Sequence record: OP352608
DNA from: Escherichia phage vB_EcoM_SP13
Reading direction: 5' to 3' (one strand)
Length of the DNA: 64,000 nt
The translations under genes and the position numbers were made by a program. The notes below the pieces were generated by a model. The model did not search any database, was not told the DNA's origin, and saw only the letters and a program-made list of their open reading frames with translations. This document shows positions 35,498 through 44,802 of this stretch, piece by piece (positions within the stretch are counted from its first letter, which is position 1; the number at the start of each line of letters is the position of its first letter).

Positions 35498-37282
35498 ATG
35501 CCAACACTTATTAACAGACCTTTCGCGCAAAGCGGTGATGTATCCGTGGTGCCGGATGCAAGTCCAAGCGGTTATGTGAACTTCCAGCGCGGCTACACCC
35601 CTGACTATGCACTTGCGCTGGAAGCCGGAAACGTCGCCGCGAAAGCAGTTGAACGTGAGTCGATGAACTGGTTGCTGAATCTGATCACCGACAACCTTAT
35701 GTTCATCCAGGACCACGGCGCTCAACAGTATTTCTCGTCTGACTTGAAGCCAGATGGATACCCGAAAAATGCCATCGTTGTCAGCAACTCTGGCACCCCT
35801 TCAGCGCCTGAATGGCGCATTTTCCAGAGTGTGGTAGACGGCAACACCAGCGCAGTCCCAGCTAACGGCGAAACGGAATCTTGGCAGGAATTGACGCTGC
35901 CTAGCGAAGCGAGAAAATATATTCCTATGCCTGCTGGCGGCGATGCGCAAAACCCGTATTTTGTTCGCGGACTGATTTCAAACTTTGTGGACTTTGATAA
36001 TATCACGACTTCCACAACTATTGTCATTCAATCTGATGCCGTTGCCGCTCTCTGCTCTAACATCCCGAACGCGGTTGGTGCGACGAAGGTTGCAGGTCGT
36101 CTCCAGGTTTGCGCTTGGCAGGTTGATGCGCAGACTTTCGCCCTGCAACAATACACGTCAATGAACGGATATGTTTTCACCCGCTCTTATACTTCTGGTG
36201 CTTGGAGTGCTTGGATTCAAAATGCAACTGTTCAAGACGTGCAAATCGGCACGCCGAATCTTGCATCAGGTAAAGGCGCACAAGATATAATCCTTACCGT
36301 TCCGGCAGGTTATGCATGGCCGCCGTCAGCAGGTAGTCGCCTGACAATTGTCAATGATGTAACGACTACCGGACCTGTTACCGTGACCATTGGTGCAAAC
36401 AAAGTTGCAGTCCTTGGATTCGACGGCGGCGAGCTGCCAGCAGGGTCCATCGTCGGTCTTCTTCCTTTTACTATTATTTATGACGGCACCGTTTGGCGTC
36501 TTCTTCAAGCATTCGGCGCGGCGCAAATCGGTGTCGATGCTAGTGAGCCGCAACAGTTTGTTACAAAGCGCCAACTCGATGCTTTGGCTGCGAAATTGAT
36601 AACTATGGGTGATGTATTCGAAGTCGGTGAGACTCGATTCTTGACTAATGGCACTAACCCAAATACTAAACTGGGCGCTTATGGACAGGTTTGGACCAGA
36701 TTGCCTGACAACATGGTCATCAGGACATCTGGCACAGCAAGAAACGGCCTTGCCACTGGCGGCGCGGACTCTGTTACTCTTACCGCCGCCATGCTTCCTC
36801 TGCACAATCACAGCGTGAACATAACTACGCGACAGAGCGGTCCATGGTCCAATACCACTGGAGGCGCAGGCAACCATAACCACACAGGCGATACCAGTCA
36901 AAACGGCGCTCACGTGCACGGAATGGATGCTGCTGGTAATCATCATCACGACAGTGGCTGGGGTGAGGCTTATGCAGACCAGGCTAGATACGGGGTGTAT
37001 GATGGCACGCACAATAACCTTGGAAGTGCAAGGTCTGATTATGACAACTACAAATACAACACCTCGACTAACGGTAGCCACGTCCACAATATTCAATCTT
37101 CTGGGTCACACACCCATGGGTTGAATATAAATTTCGCTGGCAATCACAGCCATAGCTATACCCTTCCCGCTCACACTCACGATGTGGTCGGTAACACTGG
37201 CAATGCAGGGCAGTCCGTCCCAACGGCTGTTTCAACTCTGCCGCGATATGTCGTCTTGAACGGCTGGTACAGAAGCGCATAA
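35498..37282 (+). CDS. tail fibre protein with His-x-His repeat-rich C-terminal tip
   Basis: ORF trimmed to MPTLINRP after GAGGAACGG; C-terminal 150 aa carry many HNH / HxH triplets, reminiscent of metal-binding HxH tips of T4-type fibres. Confidence 0.7.
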   Translation: MPTLINRPFAQSGDVSVVPDASPSGYVNFQRGYTPDYALALEAGNVAAKAVERESMNWLLNLITDNLMFIQDHGAQQYFSSDLKPDGYPKNAIVVSNSGTPSAPEWRIFQSVVDGNTSAVPANGETESWQELTLPSEARKYIPMPAGGDAQNPYFVRGLISNFVDFDNITTSTTIVIQSDAVAALCSNIPNAVGATKVAGRLQVCAWQVDAQTFALQQYTSMNGYVFTRSYTSGAWSAWIQNATVQDVQIGTPNLASGKGAQDIILTVPAGYAWPPSAGSRLTIVNDVTTTGPVTVTIGANKVAVLGFDGGELPAGSIVGLLPFTIIYDGTVWRLLQAFGAAQIGVDASEPQQFVTKRQLDALAAKLITMGDVFEVGETRFLTNGTNPNTKLGAYGQVWTRLPDNMVIRTSGTARNGLATGGADSVTLTAAMLPLHNHSVNITTRQSGPWSNTTGGAGNHNHTGDTSQNGAHVHGMDAAGNHHHDSGWGEAYADQARYGVYDGTHNNLGSARSDYDNYKYNTSTNGSHVHNIQSSGSHTHGLNINFAGNHSHSYTLPAHTHDVVGNTGNAGQSVPTAVSTLPRYVVLNGWYRSA

Positions 37283-37290
37283 GGTGATTT

Positions 37291-37935
37291 ATGATTAATG
37301 CAAACGTAATATCTAAAGGGACCGGATGCAGCATGGATGTTGCTGAAAAATGGGTCGACCCCTTCAAGCAGGCTTGTGAGCACTACGGAATCAAAAGCAA
37401 GAATGCCATCGCGGCGTTGCTTGCAAACGTAGGAGTAGAAACAGGCAGTATGAAGACTTTTGTGGAGAACTTGAATTACTCCGCTCAAGGTCTTGCGAAT
37501 ACATGGCCTAGCCGTTACAGCGCCAGCGGTCGTTTCGGTGGCGCACCAAACTCCTTGGCATTGTCTATTGCCCGTAAACCAATGGAAATCGCCAATAATA
37601 CATATGCAAACCGAATGGGCAATGGTTCGGTAGCATCTGGCGACGGTTGGAAGTACCGTGGCCGTGGTGCCATTCAGCTGACTGGAAAGGCTAACTATGC
37701 AGAGTATTCAAAGCAATCAGGGTATGATGCATTGAATAACCCTGACATTTTGACTGAGCCGAAACACATCGCTGACAGCGCGGCATGGTTCTTCAAGAAC
37801 AGCGGTTGCATCCCACTTGCTGATGCTGGCGCATTTGATTCGACTGTGAAGCGGATTAACGGGGCCGCGCCGAATACGGCTAACCATGGAGATTTGCGAC
37901 GGAAGCGTTACAAGGATGCACTAGCAGTTATGTAA
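37291..37935 (+). CDS. endolysin, glycoside hydrolase family 19 (chitinase-like)
   Basis: AALLANVGVETGS and KYRGRGAIQLTGKANY match the two conserved GH19 catalytic-region segments; no transmembrane segment. Confidence 0.85.
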   Translation: MINANVISKGTGCSMDVAEKWVDPFKQACEHYGIKSKNAIAALLANVGVETGSMKTFVENLNYSAQGLANTWPSRYSASGRFGGAPNSLALSIARKPMEIANNTYANRMGNGSVASGDGWKYRGRGAIQLTGKANYAEYSKQSGYDALNNPDILTEPKHIADSAAWFFKNSGCIPLADAGAFDSTVKRINGAAPNTANHGDLRRKRYKDALAVM

Positions 37936-37937
37936 GA

Positions 37938-37967
37938 AAAAGGCCCATATGGGCCTTTGTTTATTTT
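37938..37967. terminator. bidirectional rho-independent terminator
   Basis: AAAGGCCCATATGGGCCTTT perfect hairpin followed by GTTTATTTTA; lies between convergent genes. Confidence 0.8.
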
Positions 37968-38173
37968 ACGGCTTCAACCTGGACGGGCGGCGCGGAACTT
38001 GTATCAATGTCTGGCAAGTCGAAGTAATACCCCGCCATGCCAATCACGCCAACAATCGCGGCCCGTGCCACCTTGTTGCTGATTGACTCCCCAATAAGCT
38101 TTACCAACAGGGACAAGATTTGAGACGTCAAAGCCTTTTTCAGCCTTTTGTTTTCTTCCAAATCTTTCTGCAT
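37961..38173 (-). CDS. small membrane protein (single transmembrane helix)
   Basis: ORF trimmed to MQKDLEEN after GGTGG; hydrophobic AIVGVIGMAGYYF segment. Confidence 0.5.
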   Translation of the reverse strand: MQKDLEENKRLKKALTSQILSLLVKLIGESISNKVARAAIVGVIGMAGYYFDLPDIDTSSAPPVQVEAVK

Positions 38174-38187
38174 AACTACCACCCATG

Positions 38188-38730
38188 TCAACGCACTTCC
38201 TGTGTCTTAACATTACCTGAAGCATCTCTTAAGGGCAGTGGATAGTAGGCCATTTGGTAGTCTGATACGCCTTCAACATGATAAAACACGATTACGTCTT
38301 TGCTGTTGATGAGCATGTTAACGACATCTGATTTATCTTCTGGAGTGAGTATGAGTGCGCCGCCTGTCCTGCTGTCTACTGCAACAGGGTATGTCTTATC
38401 GACAAGGCCGCTGTCCAATGTATTATACCTGACAACGATTTCAGGGGCATCAACTTTTGCAATTGACATTCCGAACACAAACGACACGACTTGGCGACCG
38501 CGATCATTCATTACGCACATCTTTTCCTTATCAAACCTTTCCTTTATCACATCATATTTGTTCCAACAAAATTCGAACGATTGGCCGTTGTTAAAATATC
38601 TCGTTAATACTTTTGCATTGCTGTTTGGCGGCGTAAACATACTTTCAGCCGCTGCACTTTTGGTGAAGAACAAAACTGTCAGCATAGCCATGATGATGAT
38701 CAAAACAATCTTTAAGTTTTTCGATTTCAT
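38188..38730 (-). CDS. secreted/periplasmic protein with N-terminal signal peptide
   Basis: AAAGGTG RBS; MKSKNLKIVLIIIMAMLTVLFFTKSAAAE signal-peptide-like N-terminus. Confidence 0.6.
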   Translation of the reverse strand: MKSKNLKIVLIIIMAMLTVLFFTKSAAAESMFTPPNSNAKVLTRYFNNGQSFEFCWNKYDVIKERFDKEKMCVMNDRGRQVVSFVFGMSIAKVDAPEIVVRYNTLDSGLVDKTYPVAVDSRTGGALILTPEDKSDVVNMLINSKDVIVFYHVEGVSDYQMAYYPLPLRDASGNVKTQEVR

Positions 38731-38813
38731 TATAATTCACCTTTTGATTACGAATATTAATAGTATAGGCCGAAGGTTTTGAAAGTAAATAAGGCGAAAG
38801 GTAAATAAAAGAA

Positions 38814-38833
38814 AAGCCGGAGATTTCCGGCTT
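38814..38833 (-). terminator. rho-independent terminator for the minus-strand unit ending with the ligase gene
   Basis: AAGCCGGAGATTTCCGGCTT hairpin; on the minus strand it is followed by a T-rich run. Confidence 0.65.
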
Positions 38834-38906
38834 TATGTATACACTGTATATTAAATTCTATAAAACGACGAGATAGATTATCCGCACCAATTATTTATCT
38901 AGTGTC

Positions 38907-39884
38907 TTAGAAATACTCCATATCGGTAATATCACGGAAGCATTTATACAAAGCAGAGCGCGGCACGTCAACGATGCCAAAGTTAAAGAATTTATACGTA
39001 AGGTATTTATCGCGATAGTTTTCGCGATTCTCCCAAAGCATTTTACGCTCTGCCATAGGCATTGAACCAGCGGAGACGCGGAAAGGAATCATTTCACCTT
39101 TCTCATCCACATATTTTGGATTGACGACTACGAATGAGCCAAGGTATCCTTTCGCAACTAAACCTTCAGCCTCTTTTGAACGCTTGGTGCGACCCAATTC
39201 GTCAATGAATGCTTCGTTGTTGTTCTCCATCATCTCAACGAAGTCTATGATCAATCCTTCTTCATCGGTCCACGGCTTGTCCTTCCACACATCACGTGAC
39301 TTCGGCGTCGCGCGGCCATGCTTGTATTTGCCCGTCCAAGACTTGCCATACAAGCCTTCATATCCAAGCTGGTCCGCTTCGATTTGCATCGCCGCGTACT
39401 GTTCCATATTTTCGATGTTTCGATATTCGAGAGCGCGAAGGAATGGGCGTCGACCATGGTTGATGAGATGTTGATTAACTTCAGCAACTCTAGCTCGATA
39501 GTTCGCATAACGCTTTTCAAAAGGCAAATCAGGGTCGCTGAAGTCATCAAACACCCACCATGTAAAGTTAGTGATTGCATCAGTATTCATGCACGCAGTA
39601 TAGGCCTGTTGCATGACGTTCTTGTCATTTGGATTGCCGTCGATTAGCTCTCCATCAAGTCCGTGAATTAGTTCACCCAAAAAGAGGAATTCTTTTTTGA
39701 TTTGAACGTTTCTCAGCGCCATGCCGGACGTGCCCATTGGCAAGTTGTCATACGCCATTGCGCGTATTCCATCGACCTTGAATGACAATCCGCAAGGCAG
39801 CGGCACGTCTTCGCCGCGCTCGATTATTTGCTTACGCTGGCAACCCTTCATTGGTTTTAATGCTTTGATTTCTCCTGCCATCAC
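38907..39884 (-). CDS. ATP-dependent DNA ligase
   Basis: Nucleotidyltransferase motif I FKVDGIR (KxDGxR) and motif IV-like EGLVAK; start overlaps the upstream stop. Confidence 0.8.
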   Translation of the reverse strand: MMAGEIKALKPMKGCQRKQIIERGEDVPLPCGLSFKVDGIRAMAYDNLPMGTSGMALRNVQIKKEFLFLGELIHGLDGELIDGNPNDKNVMQQAYTACMNTDAITNFTWWVFDDFSDPDLPFEKRYANYRARVAEVNQHLINHGRRPFLRALEYRNIENMEQYAAMQIEADQLGYEGLYGKSWTGKYKHGRATPKSRDVWKDKPWTDEEGLIIDFVEMMENNNEAFIDELGRTKRSKEAEGLVAKGYLGSFVVVNPKYVDEKGEMIPFRVSAGSMPMAERKMLWENRENYRDKYLTYKFFNFGIVDVPRSALYKCFRDITDMEYF

Positions 39885-40474
39885 TCAAACTCCTTATTCA
39901 TCACTTGTTCCAGCGCATAGGCGTAAGCCTGATCAGTAGATTTGATGAACGTTCCGTTGTACATGACACCTTTGCGGTCCTTGATGTCTTCGTAGGCCGC
40001 TTGCGCACAGTCGGATAAGCGAAGGCCATAATCATGAGCTACGCCGGAAAGGTAATCGACTGCGGCCATGATGGTGACGTCAATATCCATGGTCTGATTC
40101 TTAGCAATAGCATCACCAAGCCGTCCAAGGGTCTTTGCCAGGCGAAGGATGAATGAATGAGGGTGAGCGCCTTTATCAGCACAACCGCCGCCATTAATGT
40201 TTTCGATTTCAGTACCGTTTTGCGCCGCCAGGATGGTCAACACAACAAGACAATCGCCAATGTCGTCCTTGATTGCAGCTTGCAAGTCACAGATGGCCTG
40301 CTCTGTATATCCAATTTCAGGGTCGAAGAACACAAGGTCATGGAGTTGATCAACGTGGTCGGTTAACTCCCCAAACTCGCTGATAAGCTTCGGGTATTGG
40401 TCCTTAAGGTCGCAACCTTGGATGATGTTACGGTCAGAAGCCCACTGGCGAATGTTTGCATAAATCTGTTTCAT
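39881..40474 (-). CDS. MazG-like nucleoside triphosphate pyrophosphohydrolase candidate
   Basis: 197 aa acidic helical protein with EFGEL-type segment; assignment tentative. Confidence 0.35.
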   Translation of the reverse strand: MKQIYANIRQWASDRNIIQGCDLKDQYPKLISEFGELTDHVDQLHDLVFFDPEIGYTEQAICDLQAAIKDDIGDCLVVLTILAAQNGTEIENINGGGCADKGAHPHSFILRLAKTLGRLGDAIAKNQTMDIDVTIMAAVDYLSGVAHDYGLRLSDCAQAAYEDIKDRKGVMYNGTFIKSTDQAYAYALEQVMNKEFE

Positions 40475-40990
40475 TTATTTTTCCTTTGATGCATTGAATT
40501 GATCGATTTTTATTTTAGCCTGATTATAAGTATCAATCAAGCTATTAACTTTCTCTTTTAATCGATTTGTTTCTGCGGCGAACTGAACAAGAAATCTGAC
40601 ATCCTCTTCTGATAGTCCACAGTTTCCTTCTGGGATAGAGAGGCGTCCAGTGGTCGCAGAGTCGGGCACACTCCTGAGTAACTCACGGGAGCAGCTGAGT
40701 TGCTCGCGCAACTTGACATTCCCAGACTTGTAACGAGCAATAGTGTCATCAGCAACCAGTTGCGCTTCCTGGCGACCCTTCTCATATGCCGATGCCGATT
40801 CAACCTGTAAAGTTGCAATTTGCTCTTCGAGTGCATTTATCTTGTCCTTACGCTCATTAAGCGATGTCAGATATTGATTATCCTTGGCCAGTGATGCGTT
40901 GGTTTGCTGCAGGTCTTCAACGTATGATCCAGCGGCAAACGCGCCAACAAGGGCCAGAATCTTCAGGAGCGGTACAATTCTTTCTATCAT
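40475..40990 (-). CDS. i-spanin (Rz-like)
   Basis: N-terminal transmembrane helix IVPLLKILALVGAFAAGSYV followed by coiled-coil-like region; contains an embedded lipoprotein ORF in another frame. Confidence 0.55.
   Translation of the reverse strand: MIERIVPLLKILALVGAFAAGSYVEDLQQTNASLAKDNQYLTSLNERKDKINALEEQIATLQVESASAYEKGRQEAQLVADDTIARYKSGNVKLREQLSCSRELLRSVPDSATTGRLSIPEGNCGLSEEDVRFLVQFAAETNRLKEKVNSLIDTYNQAKIKIDQFNASKEK
40558..40785 (-). CDS. o-spanin (Rz1-like outer-membrane lipoprotein) embedded within the i-spanin gene
   Basis: MRRVARKRNWLLMTLLLVTSLGMSSC: basic n-region, hydrophobic core, lipobox-like MSSC; short Pro-containing mature part with a second Cys. Confidence 0.55.
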   Translation of the reverse strand: MRRVARKRNWLLMTLLLVTSLGMSSCASNSAAPVSYSGVCPTLRPLDASLSQKETVDYQKRMSDFLFSSPQKQID

Positions 40991-41000
40991 GATGCACCAG

Positions 41001-41030
41001 ATAAATAAAAGGCCGCCAATCGGCAGCCTT
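41001..41030 (-). terminator. rho-independent terminator
   Basis: AAGGCCGCC-aatc-GGCAGCCTT hairpin (one mismatch); T-rich on the minus strand after it. Confidence 0.6.
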
Positions 41031-41047
41031 GTTGATTTGATTGTCGA

Positions 41048-41908
41048 TTAAAACTCTTCTGCGTCGGTCGGAGTTTCATTGACAGGGCCAGCGGCACCGC
41101 TTGCTTCTTCCTGCTTGCTGCGGTCAATGTTAACGTTGCCGCCAACTACGTCGTTGTGGAATGCCTTGGCGACTTCGTACAGACCTTTGTCCTGCACCAG
41201 ACCTTCCAGCTCAAACTTCAGAACTGACCATGTATTGCCGTCTTTGGACTGGGATGCAGTGCCCATGCGAACGATGTTCATAAAGGTCGGCGGCGTTTTC
41301 AGACCCTGCGGAGTCTGAACTTTCTTCTGCTGCAGAGCTGTCATCAGCATGCGAGACGGCTTGATCATGGAAGAAGTCAGAGACAGCATTGCGCTACCAA
41401 ATTCACCAGTTTCTTCGTTCAACAGAATTACGAAGTGGTTACGTGTATCTGCGTAGTAAGGCGATTTCTTCTCGTGCACCTTGCCGTTTTCGTCCGGCAC
41501 AAACACTTTACCGTTGATCTCAACAGCGCGCCCTGCCGCGACTTCTGCATCAACGTGCTCTTTGGTGAATTCACCTTTAAAGCCTTTATCGTCGGACTCG
41601 CGACCGCCCCAAAGGATGAAGGTGCGTTTGAATGCACAAGGGATGATCTGCACGCCTTTCTTGCCGTCATACAACTCACCAGTGACGGTGTTGTAAAGCA
41701 TGCCAGCTTTTGCGCCAGGAACGTGTTTCGGATCATCTTCGTCGACCATAGGTGACATCTTCTGCAGGACGACGATAAAAGGAATGGCATACGCATCGGC
41801 ATCGGCACCTTCAAAACCAGCGCCAAAATCGGTCATGTCGACAAAATCGGCCATAGCGGACATCTGGGTGTTTTTCACTGCAACTTCGGTGGTTTCTTTC
41901 TTAGACAT
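41048..41908 (-). CDS. ssDNA-binding protein candidate (T7 gp2.5-like acidic C-terminal tail)
   Basis: C-terminus NETPTDAEEF is acidic and ends in Phe, the hallmark of gp2.5-type SSB tails; otherwise unverified. Confidence 0.35.
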   Translation of the reverse strand: MSKKETTEVAVKNTQMSAMADFVDMTDFGAGFEGADADAYAIPFIVVLQKMSPMVDEDDPKHVPGAKAGMLYNTVTGELYDGKKGVQIIPCAFKRTFILWGGRESDDKGFKGEFTKEHVDAEVAAGRAVEINGKVFVPDENGKVHEKKSPYYADTRNHFVILLNEETGEFGSAMLSLTSSMIKPSRMLMTALQQKKVQTPQGLKTPPTFMNIVRMGTASQSKDGNTWSVLKFELEGLVQDKGLYEVAKAFHNDVVGGNVNIDRSKQEEASGAAGPVNETPTDAEEF

Positions 41909-41967
41909 TTGATATTTTCCTATAGTATCAAGTTTCGTGGCAACCTGATTTCAAGATAAAGGTTAAA

Positions 41968-42525
41968 TTACTTTTTGCTTTTAGGCAAGGTTATTTTAGC
42001 TTCTTTGTATTCAAAAACGCTAATATCTTCACTAACTGGATTGCCTGCTTCCAGCTGTTCTTTTACAAATGACTTCAGTGTAGCAGAATGAACGCCTTGT
42101 TTCAATGTGGCTTCAACGCCATCTTCACGCAGCGCGGCAACAATCTCTTGCGCCTGTTCGATTTCTTCGCGACCGAACTCAGCCGTGACGCTGGACTTGA
42201 TCAAGCCGCCGTAACCGTTGTTGACAAGCCAATCGAAAACTTTTAATTCGTTTTCTTTCTTGATTGAAGCATTCACCTTGGACTCGACCTTGATTTTGGT
42301 CTTGTCCTCAAGCTTGATTTCAGACACACCAAGCTCATCCATTACGCCAGGAAGCAAAACAGTTTTGATTTCACTGATGCGCTGCTTTTGCATATCAGCT
42401 TCATCTTCAAGCTCTGTCAAAGCTTCTTGACGTTCTGCAAGTTCAGATACTAAGCGCGCAAGGCGCTCTTGAATGCTCTCAGGAGCGACCTGCGGCAAAT
42501 CATCTTCCCAATTAATATTGCTCAT
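41968..42525 (-). CDS. hypothetical acidic coiled-coil protein
   Basis: ORF in the replication module. Confidence 0.55.
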   Translation of the reverse strand: MSNINWEDDLPQVAPESIQERLARLVSELAERQEALTELEDEADMQKQRISEIKTVLLPGVMDELGVSEIKLEDKTKIKVESKVNASIKKENELKVFDWLVNNGYGGLIKSSVTAEFGREEIEQAQEIVAALREDGVEATLKQGVHSATLKSFVKEQLEAGNPVSEDISVFEYKEAKITLPKSKK

Positions 42526-42785
42526 ATTTTACCTTCTTGCATTAGCCCTTCAACACGGGTCATTTGATAACGTTCAGGTTTCCAAGCCGCCAAAGCCTTC
42601 TCAGCGCCTTTTAAGGTTTTATATGCCTTGATGCCAGGCACAATAACGGTATTCACCCCAGCGCCGTTGCCATAATCAAACTCTTTAACAACGCGGAACA
42701 TCCCGTCAATTTCTTTGACCAAAAGACGTTTGAAAGCGATTGCGCCAGTAGCTTCATTTTTGTAACGTTCAAGGATGCGTACCAT
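42522..42785 (-). CDS. hypothetical small protein
   Basis: AGAGGA RBS; conserved upstream element at 42805-42830. Confidence 0.55.
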   Translation of the reverse strand: MVRILERYKNEATGAIAFKRLLVKEIDGMFRVVKEFDYGNGAGVNTVIVPGIKAYKTLKGAEKALAAWKPERYQMTRVEGLMQEGKI

Positions 42786-42804
42786 TTTGTGTTCCTCTGT
42801 TTCG

Positions 42805-42830
42805 TTTCGATGAAGTAATTATGACTCATC
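42805..42830 (-). promoter_or_regulatory. conserved element TTTCGATGA(A/G)GTAA(A/T)TAT(A/G)ACTCATC, copy 1
   Basis: Near-identical to the element at 49636-49669; both sit just upstream of a minus-strand gene start. Confidence 0.4.
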
Positions 42831-42859
42831 TTCCATGACAAGTCAAATTATTTTTGATA

Positions 42860-44383
42860 TTAATTCATCTTTTTGCCGTCGAGGATGTGATCAGCAAGCA
42901 TAGATTTCATGCTCAGTGAACGCTGAATTTCTTCATCGATGGTATCAACACCAATAAAATCAACATACAACACACTTGATTTGGTGCCGATGCGGTGATT
43001 TCGGTCTTCGGATTGCTTGCGCAGCTCGTTGTCATAGTTGCAAGAATAATAGATTGCCAAGTCGGCGGCGGTAAGCGTGATTCCGATGCCTGCCGCTGCA
43101 GCGTGGCAAACCAAAACTTGTGTTCCACCGTTCTCGACTGTGTTTTTCTGGAAGTCATCAATCAAGAACTCTCGCTGCTCTTTCGACGTTTCACCGTTGT
43201 ATACACCAGTGACCACGCCTTCAGACTCAAGCCAATCCTTAATCTGGTTCATCTCTTCCTTAAAGATGGCCCACACAATGAATTTGCGCTCTGGGTCGTC
43301 TTCCAGCACCCCTTCCACATAGTCCTTAAAGGCCGTGAATCGTGGGTTGTCTTCCATGTAGACCATCTCATCATACACCTTAACAAAGCCTGATGTCACC
43401 TGCTTCATCTTGGTGCGAGATGCGATCATCTCAAACTTAACGTTTTCTTCTTCGCCTTTGTACTCCATCAGATAGTTGTACTCATTCTTGAGTTCATCAT
43501 ATACATCGCGCTGCTTAGGCGACAACTCGAAGTCGATAAACTTGTACACCTTCTCTGGAAGGTCCGGCAAGTATTCCGCTTTTGTCGCGCGGAAATAGTG
43601 CGGTTCCATCAGCCGGATAAGCTTGTCAAGGTTCTTGTACATCGGTCGGCCAAACTGGTCTTTGCGAGGCACTTGCGGAATGCCATAACCGTTGCCGCCG
43701 ATTTTCTTGAGAATGGCCTGCATCTCTGGGTCGTGCGCTTCAAGCAGGACTGTAAATTCAGAGTTGAATGCACGGAACGATTTGGTGCCAAGCAAGCCAG
43801 CTTCAAGGAAGTGATATTGCATGTAAATATCAGCAGGCGAGCGCGGCAGCGGCGTACCGGAAAGGATTCGACGGGCCTTTGCCAGCCGTCCCAATTCCAC
43901 AACCTTGATGGAGCGTTTGGCTGTGTTATTTTTGATACGCGTCGATTCATCAATGATCATCAAACAGCGGTATTTCTTCAAGACCGACTCAATGTGTTGA
44001 TAACCGACTGGTGTGTTGACGGTATCAATGTTGAATGAGAAGATGCGCGCAGGCACTTCGCCTTCAGGGTAGTGATCAGCAAACATCTTCTCCCAAATCG
44101 CCTTGCCCTTTTTAGTCTTCATCTTGTCATTGCCGCGCCAGTAATGCCCAATCCACTTGATGGAAAGGTGTTCTGGTGCTTCACGACGAATCCAGTTTGA
44201 GTGCACACCGTTAGGAGCGATGACAACCATGGCATCAAATGCGCCAGCGGCGAAGTGTTTTTCAAACTCTGCCAAAGCAGTCCAGGTTTTGCCAAGACCC
44301 TGCTCCATAAAATAAGCAAAGTATTTTCTGCGGCCTGCTTTATCAAGCGCCAATAATTGGTGGCGCATTCCTTGTGTTTTCAT
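42860..44383 (-). CDS. SNF2-family DNA helicase/translocase
   Basis: Motif I MEQGLGKTW and motif II IIDESTRIKN, with C-terminal helicase domain. Confidence 0.8.
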   Translation of the reverse strand: MKTQGMRHQLLALDKAGRRKYFAYFMEQGLGKTWTALAEFEKHFAAGAFDAMVVIAPNGVHSNWIRREAPEHLSIKWIGHYWRGNDKMKTKKGKAIWEKMFADHYPEGEVPARIFSFNIDTVNTPVGYQHIESVLKKYRCLMIIDESTRIKNNTAKRSIKVVELGRLAKARRILSGTPLPRSPADIYMQYHFLEAGLLGTKSFRAFNSEFTVLLEAHDPEMQAILKKIGGNGYGIPQVPRKDQFGRPMYKNLDKLIRLMEPHYFRATKAEYLPDLPEKVYKFIDFELSPKQRDVYDELKNEYNYLMEYKGEEENVKFEMIASRTKMKQVTSGFVKVYDEMVYMEDNPRFTAFKDYVEGVLEDDPERKFIVWAIFKEEMNQIKDWLESEGVVTGVYNGETSKEQREFLIDDFQKNTVENGGTQVLVCHAAAAGIGITLTAADLAIYYSCNYDNELRKQSEDRNHRIGTKSSVLYVDFIGVDTIDEEIQRSLSMKSMLADHILDGKKMN

Positions 44384-44802
44384 GACAATTCCTCTAAATA
44401 CTTGATGATGTGATGAATAGTTCCCTTCACGATTATCTCACGTTGAACGTCTGCAGTATTATAACGCTTTAATTCAATAGAAGGGTGGACTAAATAAAAC
44501 ATCTTCTCAGAATCAACCTTAAGCAGAACAAATGATGGGTATTTCCAATCATTCCACGAAGAAAGAAAGCTGCATTGGCCTTTCTCAAATGCATTTCTGA
44601 AAGGTGCAGTGGTGGCCCTTGCAGGCCACGATTCAAAGAACTTCATTTCAAGCCAAAAGCCGCGCCCTTTCCGGTTGGTGCCGATTACGTCCGGCACGCC
44701 ATCACCAGTCATCGACTCGATTCGTTGAAGCTTCAATACCGATTCTGAATGCTTCTTCAAAGGCACGAATATGTATTTCTGCTCACGGTTATTTGTTGCC
44801 AT
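44380..44802 (-). CDS. VRR-NUC-type PD-(D/E)xK nuclease
   Basis: GVPDVIG ... FWLEMKF fits the PD ... E-x-K signature; typical partner of SNF2 helicases in phages. Confidence 0.6.
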   Translation of the reverse strand: MATNNREQKYIFVPLKKHSESVLKLQRIESMTGDGVPDVIGTNRKGRGFWLEMKFFESWPARATTAPFRNAFEKGQCSFLSSWNDWKYPSFVLLKVDSEKMFYLVHPSIELKRYNTADVQREIIVKGTIHHIIKYLEELS

